DNA from: Pseudomonadota bacterium
GTDB taxonomy: Bacteria > Pseudomonadota > Gammaproteobacteria > Burkholderiales > SG8-39
Direction of reading: 5' to 3'
Length of the DNA stretch: 63,937 nt
Assembly: GCA_031376265.1 (NCBI GenBank)
Contig: JANMDK010000362.1
Coordinates: forward strand, 1 to 63,937
This document shows, piece by piece, positions 13,534 through 23,373 of the stretch. Numbering within the stretch: position 1 is the first letter of the stretch; each line of letters starts with the position of its first letter. A model generated the notes under the pieces. The model saw only the letters and a list, made by a program, of their open reading frames with translations, did no database searches and had not been told where the DNA came from. Made by a program: the position numbers and the translations under genes.

Positions 13534-13931
13534 ACACCAGCATGAATGCTATTGCCGACGAATTGAAGTGGGACGGCAACGGCCTTGTCCCGGTCGTCAC
13601 CCAGGATGCCAAGAGCGATCGCGTCCTGACGGTTGCATGGATGAACCGCGAGGCGCTCCGGCAGACGCTCGACAAGGGGGAGGCGGTCTATTGGTCGCGC
13701 TCGCGCAAGCGCTTGTGGCACAAGGGAGAAGAATCCGGGCATGTGCAGAAAGTGATTGAGATCCGGGTGGACTGCGATTCCGACGTCGTGCTCCTCAAGG
13801 TCGAACAACATGGCGGCATCGCGTGTCACACCGGCCGGGAAAGCTGTTTTTTTCGCCGACTGGAAGATGGACAGTGGGTCGCCACAGACCCGGTGCTCAA
13901 GGATCCTGCGCATATCTACGCCAAAAAATGA
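13530..13931 (+). CDS. hisI: Phosphoribosyl-AMP cyclohydrolase
   Basis: 133-aa HisI-like protein ([17 protein letters not shown]..., C-x-H cluster). Overlaps the hisF stop. Confidence 0.9.
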   Translation: MNTSMNAIADELKWDGNGLVPVVTQDAKSDRVLTVAWMNREALRQTLDKGEAVYWSRSRKRLWHKGEESGHVQKVIEIRVDCDSDVVLLKVEQHGGIACHTGRESCFFRRLEDGQWVATDPVLKDPAHIYAKK

Positions 13932-14275
13932 AACCTGACCCGGACTCAACGCTGGAGCGAATCGCCCGCCTGATCGAAGAGCGCAGGAATGGAAGCCCTT
14001 CGGAATCCTATGTCGCCAGCCTCTTTGCCAAGGGTGAAGATGCGATCCTCAAGAAGATCGGCGAAGAAGCCACCGAGACGGTTCTCGCGGCCAAGGATGG
14101 CGACAGGCTGCACCTCGTCCGGGAGACGGCCGACCTGTGGTTCCATTGCATGGTCATGCTCGCCCACTATGGGCTTGGTCCGCAGGATGTGCTGGCCGAA
14201 CTGCATCGCCGCGAAGGCATTTCCGGGATCGACGAAAAAGCCGCGCGCAAACTCGCCAAGCGGGATGGGGAATAG
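13928..14275 (+). CDS. hisE: Phosphoribosyl-ATP pyrophosphatase
   Basis: The internal ATG at 13928 forms an ATGA overlap with the hisI stop and gives [20 protein letters not shown]...[24 protein letters not shown]. 115 aa. Confidence 0.88.
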   Translation: MKPDPDSTLERIARLIEERRNGSPSESYVASLFAKGEDAILKKIGEEATETVLAAKDGDRLHLVRETADLWFHCMVMLAHYGLGPQDVLAELHRREGISGIDEKAARKLAKRDGE

Positions 14276-14277
14276 GG

Positions 14278-14631
14278 ATGGAAGACTGCCTTTTTTGCAA
14301 GATCGTCGCCGGAAAGATCCCGGCCAAGAAGCTCCATGAGGATGAGGACATCCTCGCGTTTTACGACATCCGGCCGGCTGCCCCGGTGCATTTCCTGGTC
14401 ATTCCGAAGCAGCATATTCCAACCCTCTACGATGCCGGCATGGAGCACAAACAGGCCCTCGGAAAGATGCTCGCCGTCGCGGGAAAACTGGCGCGCGACG
14501 CAGGGGCCAACGACGGGTTCCGCACCATCATCAACTGCGGGAGGGTGGGCCATCAGGAGGTGTATCATCTGCATATGCACGTGATCGGCGGACCGGATCC
14601 GGTCGGCCCCATGATCACAAGGAGTAAATAG
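14278..14631 (+). CDS. HIT family (histidine triad) protein
   Basis: The internal ATG at 14278 gives MEDCLFCKIVAGKIPAKK. Histidine triad HLHMHV near the C-terminus. Confidence 0.88.
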   Translation: MEDCLFCKIVAGKIPAKKLHEDEDILAFYDIRPAAPVHFLVIPKQHIPTLYDAGMEHKQALGKMLAVAGKLARDAGANDGFRTIINCGRVGHQEVYHLHMHVIGGPDPVGPMITRSK

Positions 14632-14640
14632 GAGGCAAAG

Positions 14641-14868
14641 ATGGGTTCATTTTCGATATGGCACTGGCTTATCGTGCTTGTGATCGTAATGCTGGTCTTC
14701 GGCACGAAGAAGCTGCGCAACATGGGCGCCGATCTTGGAGGTGCAGTGCGCGGATTCAAGGACGGCATGCGCGAGGGCGGCGACAAGCCGGTTGAGGGCG
14801 CGCCGCAGGTTGCGGGCGGAAAGACGGTCGAAGGCCAAGTGACGGGAAAGACCGAAACCAAGGCCTAG
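14641..14868 (+). CDS. tatA: Twin-arginine translocase subunit TatA
   Basis: 75 aa: [29 protein letters not shown]... (TM helix plus amphipathic helix). Confidence 0.92.
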   Translation: MGSFSIWHWLIVLVIVMLVFGTKKLRNMGADLGGAVRGFKDGMREGGDKPVEGAPQVAGGKTVEGQVTGKTETKA

Positions 14869-14888
14869 CCGGCCCGACTCTTTGATCC

Positions 14889-14919
14889 AGGGCGTCCCGA
14901 TGGGGCGCCCTTTGTTTCT
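14889..14919 (+). terminator. Intercistronic hairpin plus U-rich tract between tatA and tatB (candidate partial terminator/attenuator)
   Basis: AGGGCGTCCC-gat-GGGGCGCCCT forms a 10-bp stem with one G-U pair. It is followed by TTGTTTCT. Confidence 0.5.
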
Positions 14920-14933
14920 GCGGATTCCCAACA

Positions 14934-15326
14934 GTGTTCGATATCGGATTTTCCGAGCTGGTTGTCATCGGCCTTGTGGCCCTGATCGTGATCGGCCCGG
15001 AAAAACTTCCCCGCGTCGCGCGGACCGTAGGACATCTCGTGGGCAGGCTCCAGCGCTACGTCGCCGACGTGAAATCGGACATCAATCGCGAAGTCGAGCT
15101 GGATGAATTGCGCAAGATGCGCGATTCGGTGCAAGAGGCGGCGTCAAGCCTCGAGAGCAGCGTGACCTCCGGCCTGAGCAGCGTCACGTCCGGGATTTCG
15201 AGCGCGGAGGCCGATCTCAACCGCTCGATTGCCGGCGACCTGCCAATCGGCTCCCCGGCCACAGCAACGGATACTTCCCTTCCGAAGGCGGAAAGCCCGC
15301 CCGCGGCGGAGACACCTAAAGCATGA
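14934..15326 (+). CDS. tatB: Twin-arginine translocase subunit TatB
   Basis: 130 aa with a GTG start: [33 protein letters not shown]... Confidence 0.9.
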   Translation: MFDIGFSELVVIGLVALIVIGPEKLPRVARTVGHLVGRLQRYVADVKSDINREVELDELRKMRDSVQEAASSLESSVTSGLSSVTSGISSAEADLNRSIAGDLPIGSPATATDTSLPKAESPPAAETPKA

Positions 15327-15339
15327 GGCGGCGCTTGGC

Positions 15340-16107
15340 GTGAGCACGCAGGAAACCTTCATTTCGCACCTCGTGGAATTGCGCACGCGGCTGATCCGGG
15401 CTTTGCTCGCGATCATCATCGTGTTCGTCTGCCTGTTTCCTTGGGCGAAGGACCTCTATGCGCTGCTGGCCAATCCCCTCCTGGCCGCGCTCCCGCAGGG
15501 CGGCCAGATGATCGCGACGGATGTGGTTGGCGTATTCGTAGTGCCGATGAAAGTCGCTTTCCTGGTTGCATTCCTCATAGCGCTCCCTTACGTGCTTTAC
15601 CAGTTGTGGGCATTCGTCGCCCCGGGGCTCTACGCGCACGAAAAGAAACTCGTCCTGCCGCTTGTAATAGCCAGTTCAGTGCTTTTCTTCATCGGGATGA
15701 GCTTCGCGTACTTTTTCGTATTCCCGGTCATTTTCAAGTTCATGGCCTCCATCGCCCCGGAAGGCGTGGCGTGGATGACCGACATCGAGAAGTACCTTTC
15801 CTTCGCGCTAACGACTTTCGTGGCGTTCGGCGTGACGTTCGAGGTCCCGGTAGTGGTGATCGTTCTCGTGAGGGCGGGACTCGTATCGATCGAAAAGCTC
15901 AAAGAATCCCGGCCCTACGTCATCGTGGGCGCATTCATCATCGGCGCGATTTTTACCCCGCCGGACGTGATCTCGCAGTTGATGCTGGCCGTGCCGCTCT
16001 GCCTCCTGTACGAGCTCGGCATTTTCCTCTCGCGGTTTGTCGGGACTCGCCCGGTAGTCGAAGAAAGCGAGACTGCGACTGTCGCCGGCGAGGAAAACAG
16101 GCATTAG
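15340..16107 (+). CDS. tatC: Twin-arginine translocase subunit TatC
   Basis: The ORF 15229..16107 overlaps tatB. The GTG at 15340, just after the tatB stop, gives VSTQETFISHLVELRTRLIRAL..., a 6-TM TatC. The exact start is uncertain (a TTG at 15334 is also possible). Confidence 0.88.
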   Translation: MSTQETFISHLVELRTRLIRALLAIIIVFVCLFPWAKDLYALLANPLLAALPQGGQMIATDVVGVFVVPMKVAFLVAFLIALPYVLYQLWAFVAPGLYAHEKKLVLPLVIASSVLFFIGMSFAYFFVFPVIFKFMASIAPEGVAWMTDIEKYLSFALTTFVAFGVTFEVPVVVIVLVRAGLVSIEKLKESRPYVIVGAFIIGAIFTPPDVISQLMLAVPLCLLYELGIFLSRFVGTRPVVEESETATVAGEENRH

Positions 16108-16153
16108 CCTGGTCGCCTAGTCGGCGTGGTTCCTGCCGTTTAGAAACCGCCTC

Positions 16154-16453
16154 ACGAGCGTAGGGCGCGTAGACGGTGCGGAAATACTTTTCAAGCTCGC
16201 TGATGCGATCGAAGCGCGCGGGATTTCCTGCGTATGCGCGGATCCGCTGGACGGCGGCATCGCCCAGCTTGGGGCCGATGTCGTTGAGCACCAGCCTGTC
16301 GCGATCAGCGAGGCTGGCAGCCAAGTGGTCCATGTCCCTCCCGGTCCTTGCCAGCCCGTGCCAGGCCACGACTACCTGGGCATTGGCCTTGCCCCATTCG
16401 GTGAAATGAATTTCGCGGCCTGCGCAAACCAGGTAGTTGGAAGTGAATGCCAT
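16154..16453 (-). pseudogene. Alpha/beta-hydrolase relic (N-terminal HG region joined to a distal segment; no nucleophile elbow)
   Basis: The ATG at 16453 gives MAFTSNYLVCAGREIHFTEWGKANAQVVVAWHGLARTGRDMDHLAASLADR, running straight into LVLNDIGPKLGDAAVQRIRAYAGNPARFDRISELEKYFRTVYAPYA. There is no GxSxG motif and no catalytic C-terminal half. The frame then drifts over the tatC 3' end. Confidence 0.55.
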
Positions 16454-16464
16454 GGCAAGCGAAA

Positions 16465-17532
16465 TCAACCCTGCTTCTGCCGCAGCCGGCCGACGATCCC
16501 GAGTGGGAAGTAGTAAACGCAGACCACGAAGAGCACACCCAGCCAGAGGAGCCAGCGATCCGGGTGGAGCAGGTCGGGGAGCAAGGGAATGCCGCGCGTG
16601 GCGCCGCTCGCGAGCTTCATGAGGTCCTGCAGGTAATTCTGCGCAACGATGAAGAGCGTCGCGCCCAGGACCGACCCATACATGGTGCCCATGCCGCCTA
16701 TGACGACCATGAGCAGGATGTCGATCATGATCGCGAAATCCAGCGTCGTGTTCGGGCCCGTATAGCGCAGCCAAAGCGCGTAGAGGACCCCGGCCAGCGT
16801 CGCGATCAGCGCGCTCATGCAGTTTGCGAGCGTGCGGTAGATCACCGTTCGATAGCCGAGCGCCTCGGCGCGGAAATCATTTTCGCGGATCGCGAGCAGG
16901 ACCCGGCCGAACGGGGAATTGACCACGCGAAGCATGGCGAGGAACAGGAGCAGGGCACTGGTGAATACGAGGTAGTAGGTCACCACTTTCCCGCCAAGGA
17001 CCACCCCAAGAAATGGTTCTTCCAAAAGCTTGAAACCGGGTCGCAGCATCTCGGGCACCTTGAACGTCAGTCCGTCCTCGCCACCGGTGACGTCCGAGAG
17101 TTGCGACGCAAGGATGGCAAAGAACGAAGCAACCGCAAGCGTGACCATGGCGAAGAAGATCGCCTTTACCCGAAGCGAGAACAGCCCGACCAGGAAGGAG
17201 AGGCCGAGCGATATCGCCAGCGCTGCCGCGATCCCAGCCGCAATCGAGGTCCAGCCGGCATCGAGGCGCGTCATGGCGATCGCTATCCCGTACCCGCCGA
17301 TGCCGAAGAACATCGTGTGTGCGAAGGAAACGATCCCGGTATAGCCAAGCAGAAAGTCGTAGCTAGCAACCAGCACGATAAACACGCAGACCTTGGCGGC
17401 CACGTCGAGCGACCGGGTGCCCGGGAAGAGGAAAGGCGCAAATGCGAGGGAGACCAGGATCAGCGTCAGTGCCACGCCGAGCAGCCTGCTGCGGGGCCGG
17501 TCGCCAGAGAGCAGGGTGTCGATTACGCTCAT
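16465..17532 (-). CDS. livM: Branched-chain-amino-acid-type ABC permease (LivM family)
   Basis: The ATG at 17532 forms an ATGA overlap with the livH stop and gives MSVIDTLLSGDRPRSRLLGVALTLILV.... 355 aa, multi-TM. The rest of the 714-aa track ORF is read-through of another gene's frame. Confidence 0.85.
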   Translation of the reverse strand: MSVIDTLLSGDRPRSRLLGVALTLILVSLAFAPFLFPGTRSLDVAAKVCVFIVLVASYDFLLGYTGIVSFAHTMFFGIGGYGIAIAMTRLDAGWTSIAAGIAAALAISLGLSFLVGLFSLRVKAIFFAMVTLAVASFFAILASQLSDVTGGEDGLTFKVPEMLRPGFKLLEEPFLGVVLGGKVVTYYLVFTSALLLFLAMLRVVNSPFGRVLLAIRENDFRAEALGYRTVIYRTLANCMSALIATLAGVLYALWLRYTGPNTTLDFAIMIDILLMVVIGGMGTMYGSVLGATLFIVAQNYLQDLMKLASGATRGIPLLPDLLHPDRWLLWLGVLFVVCVYYFPLGIVGRLRQKQG

Positions 17533-18551
17533 TGCTTGCTGACCGGATAGAGGCCCTGTGGCCGCCAGAACAGGACGATCATCATCAATAGGATGTTCGA
17601 GCCCAGGGCCACCTTGGGCGACAGGTAGCCGACGTAGTTGGCCACCAGGCCGACGAGGAGGGCGCCCACGAAGCAACCGCCGACCGAGCCCAGGCCGCCG
17701 ATGATGATCACGATGAAGATCAGCACCATCATCTGCGCGCCGATGTGGACGTTGACGTTCTCCTGGTACATGCCCCAGAGCGCTCCGCCCAAGCCGGCCA
17801 GCGCCGACCCGGCGATGAAGACGCCGACGAACAGGCGGCGTATCCGGTAGCCCATGGCTTCGACCATCTCCTTGTTCTCGACGCCGGCGCGGATCAGCAG
17901 GCCGATCTTCGTGCGATTGAGGATCAGGACCATTGCCGCGAAAACCGCCAGTCCGATGACCACTGCGACCAGCCGGAACTTCTCGATCGCGATATCGCCG
18001 ATCAGGAAGGAGCCGCGCAGCGTCTCGGGTCTCGGAAGCGGCAGCAGGTCGGGTCCCCAGATGACATGGATCAACTGCTCGGCGACGATCATGCCGCCGG
18101 TGGTGATGAGGATCTGCTTCAGGTGCTGTCCATAGACCGGTCGAATGATCACGCGCTCGAAAAAGGCGCCGATCAGCCCGGCAACGACCACTGCCGCCAG
18201 CAGCGTCGGGGCGAGTGCGCCCAGGTTGGTCAGGAAGCTGTCCGAGCCCGCTGAAGAAGAGAAAGCCTTCATTGTCGAAACGCCGACGTAGGCGCCGATC
18301 GCAATGAACAGTCCGTGGGCGAAATTCATGACGTCCATAAGGCCGAATACGAGCGTAAGCCCGGAGGCCATGATGAAAATGAGCAGGCCCATCGCTATTC
18401 CGGCGACCGTGAGCGTGACCCAGGTCGATGGATTGCCGATCATCGCAAAAGCGGCAAGCGAAATTGCGGCAAGCAGCACCAAGGGGATCGCATCGATCCG
18501 CGCTTGGGGCAAAGGGCTGTCCTGGACCGCCGGCGGGCTCGATACGGTCAT
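17529..18551 (-). CDS. livH: Branched-chain-amino-acid-type ABC permease (LivH family)
   Basis: 340-aa multi-TM protein, overlapping both neighbours by 4 bp. Confidence 0.85.
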   Translation of the reverse strand: MTVSSPPAVQDSPLPQARIDAIPLVLLAAISLAAFAMIGNPSTWVTLTVAGIAMGLLIFIMASGLTLVFGLMDVMNFAHGLFIAIGAYVGVSTMKAFSSSAGSDSFLTNLGALAPTLLAAVVVAGLIGAFFERVIIRPVYGQHLKQILITTGGMIVAEQLIHVIWGPDLLPLPRPETLRGSFLIGDIAIEKFRLVAVVIGLAVFAAMVLILNRTKIGLLIRAGVENKEMVEAMGYRIRRLFVGVFIAGSALAGLGGALWGMYQENVNVHIGAQMMVLIFIVIIIGGLGSVGGCFVGALLVGLVANYVGYLSPKVALGSNILLMMIVLFWRPQGLYPVSKQ

Positions 18552-19273
18552 TGGTGCACATCCAGTGAGAGGCCCAGCAAACGCGTCTGGAGCGCTTCGT
18601 CTGCGGCAAGGTCTGCCATCCGCCCGGAATGAACGATACGGCCCGAGTCCATGACGGCTACGCCATCGCCAAGCGAACGGGCGGCATGGAAATTCTGCTC
18701 GACCATCAGGATCGTCGTGTCAGTTTTCTTGAGTTCGGTCAGCGCCTCGATCAGGTTGTTGATGATCGAAGGCGCGAGGCCCTTGGTGGGCTCGTCGATC
18801 AGCACCAGCTTTCGCGGCTCGATCATGGCGCGAGAGATCGAGAGCATCTGCTTCTGCCCGCCCGATAGGTGACCCGCAGGCAGGAACCAGAATTTCCGCA
18901 GCGCCGGGAAAAAGTAGAAGATCTTTTCGAGCCGCGAGTCGTCGAGCGCGCGCTCGCGTGCCGCGAGCATAAGGTTCTCCCTCACCGACAATCCGGCGAA
19001 GATGCCCATGGATTCGGGAACGTACGCAATTCCAAGGCCGGCAATCCCCGGCGTTTCGCGCCCGGCAATCTCGGTCTTGTCGAAAAGAATCGAGCCCGCC
19101 GAAGCCTTCCACAATCCGAGGATCGTGCGAAGCGCAGTGGTCTTGCCGGCCCCGTTCCGGCCGAGCAGCATCATTAGCTCGCCGCGCGGGACGACGAAGT
19201 CGACACCCTGCAGGATGTGATACTGGCCGATGTGCGTGTGAACACCGGCAAGCGTGAGTAGCGGCTCAGGCAT
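18548..19273 (-). CDS. livF: Liv-type ABC transporter ATP-binding protein (LivF family)
   Basis: The ATG at 19273 gives MPEPLLTLAGVHTHIGQYHILQGV.... Walker A GRNGAGKT, signature LSGGQKQML, Walker B LVLIDEP. Confidence 0.85.
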   Translation of the reverse strand: MPEPLLTLAGVHTHIGQYHILQGVDFVVPRGELMMLLGRNGAGKTTALRTILGLWKASAGSILFDKTEIAGRETPGIAGLGIAYVPESMGIFAGLSVRENLMLAARERALDDSRLEKIFYFFPALRKFWFLPAGHLSGGQKQMLSISRAMIEPRKLVLIDEPTKGLAPSIINNLIEALTELKKTDTTILMVEQNFHAARSLGDGVAVMDSGRIVHSGRMADLAADEALQTRLLGLSLDVHQ

Positions 19274-20033
19274 TGGCCGCAATCCCCAGATAGGCTTCCT
19301 GCACCACCGGTGAGGCAATCACTTCCGCCGGTAATCCGTCGGCGACCAGCGTCCCCTGGTGCAACACGATGATGCGATCCGAGAGCGAGCGCACCACGTC
19401 CATCTTGTGCTCGACAAGCAGGATGGTCTTGGCCTTCTGCTCCTTGATGCCGTGGATCAGGTCGAGGATCACGGGCACCTCGTCGACGCTCATGCCCGCG
19501 GTGGGCTCGTCGAACATGAAAATATCCGGCTCCAGCGCAAGCAGCATTGCGACCTCGAGCTTGCGCTGGTCGCCGTGCGGCAGCGTCGAAGCCAGCGCCC
19601 CGCCACGTTCCGCAAGCCCGACACGGCCGAGATGGTGCTCGGCCTTCTCGACCAGGTCTCCATGGCGGCTCCACATGGAGACCATGTTCAAGCCGGCGCG
19701 CGCTCGTGCCTGCACTGCCAACCGCACGTTTTCCCTCACGGTAAGCAGCGGAAAAAGGTTCGTAAGCTGGAATGCGCGACCCATCCCCTTGCGCGTTCGC
19801 ACGGGGGCGGAATCGTCGGTGACGTCGTTGCCGAACAGCAGCACGCGTCCCGCAGTCGGCTTCAACTGGCCGGAGATCAGGTTGAAGTAGGTCGTCTTTC
19901 CGGCCCCGTTGGGCCCGACGATGGCCGTCAGCGTGCCTGGATGGAACGCGCAGCTGACCTCGTTCACCGCCACGTGCCCGCCGAAGCGGATCGTCAGGCC
20001 ACGTGTTTCCAGAATCGGGTGTTCCGACGACAT
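19266..20033 (-). CDS. livG: Liv-type ABC transporter ATP-binding protein (LivG family)
   Basis: 255 aa. Walker A GPNGAGKT, Walker B IFMFDEP. Confidence 0.85.
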   Translation of the reverse strand: MSSEHPILETRGLTIRFGGHVAVNEVSCAFHPGTLTAIVGPNGAGKTTYFNLISGQLKPTAGRVLLFGNDVTDDSAPVRTRKGMGRAFQLTNLFPLLTVRENVRLAVQARARAGLNMVSMWSRHGDLVEKAEHHLGRVGLAERGGALASTLPHGDQRKLEVAMLLALEPDIFMFDEPTAGMSVDEVPVILDLIHGIKEQKAKTILLVEHKMDVVRSLSDRIIVLHQGTLVADGLPAEVIASPVVQEAYLGIAANA

Positions 20034-20070
20034 GGCGCAAAGGGGACGGGCTCGCCGGCCCCCTGGTCGT

Positions 20071-21264
20071 CTATTTCTTGTTGCGGATCGGCATCGGGAG
20101 ATCCTTGGCCGGAATCTCGCGCACGAGTTCCAGAAGGTCCCACTCGTCGGCCTGCTGCTTCTTGATGCGGAACTGGTACATCGGCTGCATCGCCTGGTGG
20201 TCTTCCTTGCGGAAGGTCATCGGTCCCTTGGGCGAGTCGAAGGTCATGCCTTCCATCGCGGCAATCAGCTTTTCGGTATCGGTGCCGCCGGCTTTCTTGA
20301 TTGCCTCGACGACCGCTATTCCCGCCGCCATGCCGCCAGCAGTGAAGAAGTCCGGCGGCGCGCCCGCGAAGCGCTTCTTGTGCTCGGCCACCAGCCAGTC
20401 GTTGACCTTGTTCTTGGGGAAGCCGTGGTAGTAGTAGATAGCGCCTTCAATGCCGGCAAACTGTTTCCAGCCCTTCATCACCGGCAGGATGTTCCCGCCC
20501 GGGGCAAGCGCGATTCCGAAGCGCTCGGGCTTGAGGTCGGCGATTTTCGACAGTGGGTGAGCGCCAGCCCAGATGATCGCGATGATTTTTGCACCCTGCT
20601 TGTCCTTCAGCACGTCGAACATCCGCTGCGCCGGCGCCGTAAAGTCGGTTGTTGCCTGCGGAACGTACTCCTCGTGAACGATCGTGGCTTTGCTTCCGAC
20701 CGCAGCAAGGGCTTCCTTGAACGCCTTCACGCCGTCGCGCCCGAACGCGTAGTCCTGGGCCAGCATCGCAATTTGTGCGTTTTGCGGTAACGCCACCGCG
20801 CCCGCAATCGCGTCCTGCGTCGAATTGCGCGCGGTGCGGAAGATGTAGCGGTTCCACTTGTCGCCCGTAATCGAGTCGGCGACCGCGGGTTCGACTAGGA
20901 GGATCTTTTTGTACTCCTCGGCGACGGGCAGCATCGCGAGCCCCGATGCCGAGAACGTCGGGCCGACTGCAATATCGGCCTTGTCGTCGCCGAATGCCGC
21001 CGCCAACTGCGATTTGCCCACGTCCGGCTTGAACTGGCCGTCCTTCTCGATGACCACTATCTTGCGGCCTAGCACTTCCATCTTTCCGCCGGTCGCGTAT
21101 TCCAAACCCATCATCAGGCCTACCTGCGTTTGCTTCGCGTAGGCCTCCAAGGGCCCCGTCTTGTCGTAGACATGGGCAATCTTGATTTCCTTGCCCTGGG
21201 CCAGCGCTGTACCTGCAAAGGCGGACAGGGTCGCCGCCACGAGCCAATGAATCGTATTCTTCAT
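20071..21264 (-). CDS. Liv-type periplasmic substrate-binding protein
   Basis: 397 aa with signal peptide MKNTIHWLVAATLSAFAGTALA and a type-I periplasmic binding fold. First gene of the minus-strand transporter operon. Confidence 0.85.
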   Translation of the reverse strand: MKNTIHWLVAATLSAFAGTALAQGKEIKIAHVYDKTGPLEAYAKQTQVGLMMGLEYATGGKMEVLGRKIVVIEKDGQFKPDVGKSQLAAAFGDDKADIAVGPTFSASGLAMLPVAEEYKKILLVEPAVADSITGDKWNRYIFRTARNSTQDAIAGAVALPQNAQIAMLAQDYAFGRDGVKAFKEALAAVGSKATIVHEEYVPQATTDFTAPAQRMFDVLKDKQGAKIIAIIWAGAHPLSKIADLKPERFGIALAPGGNILPVMKGWKQFAGIEGAIYYYHGFPKNKVNDWLVAEHKKRFAGAPPDFFTAGGMAAGIAVVEAIKKAGGTDTEKLIAAMEGMTFDSPKGPMTFRKEDHQAMQPMYQFRIKKQQADEWDLLELVREIPAKDLPMPIRNKK

Positions 21265-21404
21265 TTCTCCTCCTCCAATTGAAGCGAACCGCTTATGGCG
21301 CGGTCATCCGGATAACGCCCGTCGCAACTGCATGCCAACGAGCTAACCCGTTGAATACACGCACGTGCAGAAAAATAACATAGCAGCTTACCTTGATGCG
21401 CCGG

Positions 21405-22568
21405 CTATTGTTTTTCCGCTTGCGGCTTCGGCCGCTTGCCGACCAGGACTTTGACCTCCACTTCTTCCTGGCCGCGGCGTAGCTTGAGCCGCGCGGTATT
21501 TCCCGGCGGCAGGCCAGCCACGAGCGTAAGCATGTTCTGCGGATCGGTGACGACCTTGTCCTCGATGCCGAGCAATACATCGCCGGGCTTGATCCCGGCC
21601 TTGTCCGCCGGGCCGTTTTTCAGGACGCCGGCGATGATCGCGCCGCGCGTGTCCTTCAACTTGAACGATTCGGCGAGCGCCGGCGAGATCTCCTGGACTT
21701 CGACCCCGATCCAGCCGCGGGTCATGCTCCCGGTCTTGATGATCGATTCCATCACCTGCCTCGCGGTCGACACCGGTATTGCAAAACCGATGCCCATCGA
21801 CCCCCCGGAGCGCGAGTAGATCGCGGTGTTGATTCCAATGAGGTTGCCGCTGGCATCCACGAGCGCGCCGCCTGAATTACCGGGATTGATGGCCGCGTCG
21901 GTCTGGATGAAGTTTTCGAAGGTATTGATGCCGAGCTGGTTGCGGCCCAAGGCGCTTACGATGCCCGACGTAACGGTCTGACCGACGCCGAACGGGTTGC
22001 CGATGGCGAGCACGATGTCGCCTACGCGGAGGGTGTCGGAAGACCCGAACGTGATGGCCGGGAGTTGCTCGCTCTCAACGCGCAATACCGCGAGATCGCT
22101 TTCGGCATCGCTTCCTACTTGCTTCGCGAGGAGCTTGCGGCCGTCGTGAAGCAGGACTTCGATCTCGTCTGCGGCTTCCACGACATGGCTGTTGGTGAGG
22201 ATGTAGCCGGACGAGCTGACGATGACGCCGGAACCGAGGCTGGAAGACCTTTCCGGCTGGTCGCCGAACTGCTCGCCAAAAAAGCGCCTGAATAGGGGAT
22301 CGTTCAGGAACGGATGCCGCTGTGCCTTGACCTCCTTGCTGGTAAAAATGTTAACCACGGAGGGCGTGGCCTTGGTGACCGCATCGCTGTACGAATTCGC
22401 GCGTGCAGCCCCCGGGGCCGTGTCTGAAATCGACTGGACGGTCACCGTCCCGCCCCCAGGCAGCATGCTTCGCGTCGCGAGCCATTCCGGTTTAAGAGTC
22501 GAAACGACAAACAACAAAGCGACGCAAATCGTTGCCGTTTGCGCGAACACGAGCCATAGCTTTCTCAT
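21405..22568 (-). CDS. S1C serine protease with a single PDZ domain (DegS/AlgW-like)
   Basis: 387 aa with an N-terminal TM anchor. Catalytic triad contexts TNSHVV, DLAVLRV and GNSGGALV. One C-terminal PDZ domain. Confidence 0.88.
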   Translation of the reverse strand: MRKLWLVFAQTATICVALLFVVSTLKPEWLATRSMLPGGGTVTVQSISDTAPGAARANSYSDAVTKATPSVVNIFTSKEVKAQRHPFLNDPLFRRFFGEQFGDQPERSSSLGSGVIVSSSGYILTNSHVVEAADEIEVLLHDGRKLLAKQVGSDAESDLAVLRVESEQLPAITFGSSDTLRVGDIVLAIGNPFGVGQTVTSGIVSALGRNQLGINTFENFIQTDAAINPGNSGGALVDASGNLIGINTAIYSRSGGSMGIGFAIPVSTARQVMESIIKTGSMTRGWIGVEVQEISPALAESFKLKDTRGAIIAGVLKNGPADKAGIKPGDVLLGIEDKVVTDPQNMLTLVAGLPPGNTARLKLRRGQEEVEVKVLVGKRPKPQAEKQ

Positions 22569-22776
22569 TCGATGAATCTAACATATGGCACTGCGTCAAT
22601 TGGCTCGGAGGACCTGCGGCGGAGAAGCCCGGCGCCGCCTGCGCCAGCACTTGCGGGGCATCGCGGAAAACCGCCCGGATTCAGTCAGTTAGGGGCCAAA
22701 ATTTGGTGTTTTGGCATGTGCGCCGCTATAATCTCCTGCTTCGCCGGTTCAAAAACTTCCAAACGGGGTTCCCTCG

Positions 22777-23370
22777 ATGAGTCAACAGGAAAAAGTCGAT
22801 AAGGCTCGGCGCAACCTTGTCGTTGCCACGGGCGTCGCAGGCGGTCTCGCGACAGTCGGCGTTGCGGTCCCCTTTGCAGCCAGCTGGCTGCCTTCGGAAC
22901 GCGCCAAGGCCGCCGGAGCGCCAGTCGAGGCGGACATCAGCAAGCTCGCGCCAGGCGAGCTGCAGGTCGTGGAGTGGCGCGGCAAGCCCGTATGGATCCT
23001 GCGGCGCACGAAGGAAATGCTCGAGGGCATCAAGAAAAGCGACGACAAGGTTTCCGATCCGAAGTCCGAAGTGCCGTTGCAGCCTGAATACGCCAAGAAC
23101 GAATATCGCTCGCGCAAGGAAGACCTTGTCGTTCTCGAGGGCGTTTGCTCGCACCTCGGCTGCTCACCGCAGATGAAACCGCTGGAAGCGCGTGCCGAGA
23201 TGGGCGGCGACTGGCCTGGCGGCTTCTATTGCCCGTGCCACGGCTCCAAGTTCGACCTGGCAGGACGCGTCTACAAAGGCTCGCCGGCGCCGGTCAACCT
23301 TTCCGTGCCTCCGTACACTTTCCTGTCGGACAACACGATCCTCATCGGCGAAGACAAGAAGGGAGCGTAA
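22777..23370 (+). CDS. petA: Ubiquinol-cytochrome c reductase Rieske iron-sulfur subunit
   Basis: 197 aa. Rieske motifs CSHLGC and CPCHGS. Confidence 0.93.
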   Translation: MSQQEKVDKARRNLVVATGVAGGLATVGVAVPFAASWLPSERAKAAGAPVEADISKLAPGELQVVEWRGKPVWILRRTKEMLEGIKKSDDKVSDPKSEVPLQPEYAKNEYRSRKEDLVVLEGVCSHLGCSPQMKPLEARAEMGGDWPGGFYCPCHGSKFDLAGRVYKGSPAPVNLSVPPYTFLSDNTILIGEDKKGA

Positions 23371-23373
23371 GCC

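Noticed and set aside
16465-18609. A 714-aa ORF covering livM plus the livH region.
   Set aside because: The N-terminal 359 residues are an out-of-frame reading of livH. The real livM starts at 17532, with an ATGA overlap to the livH stop.
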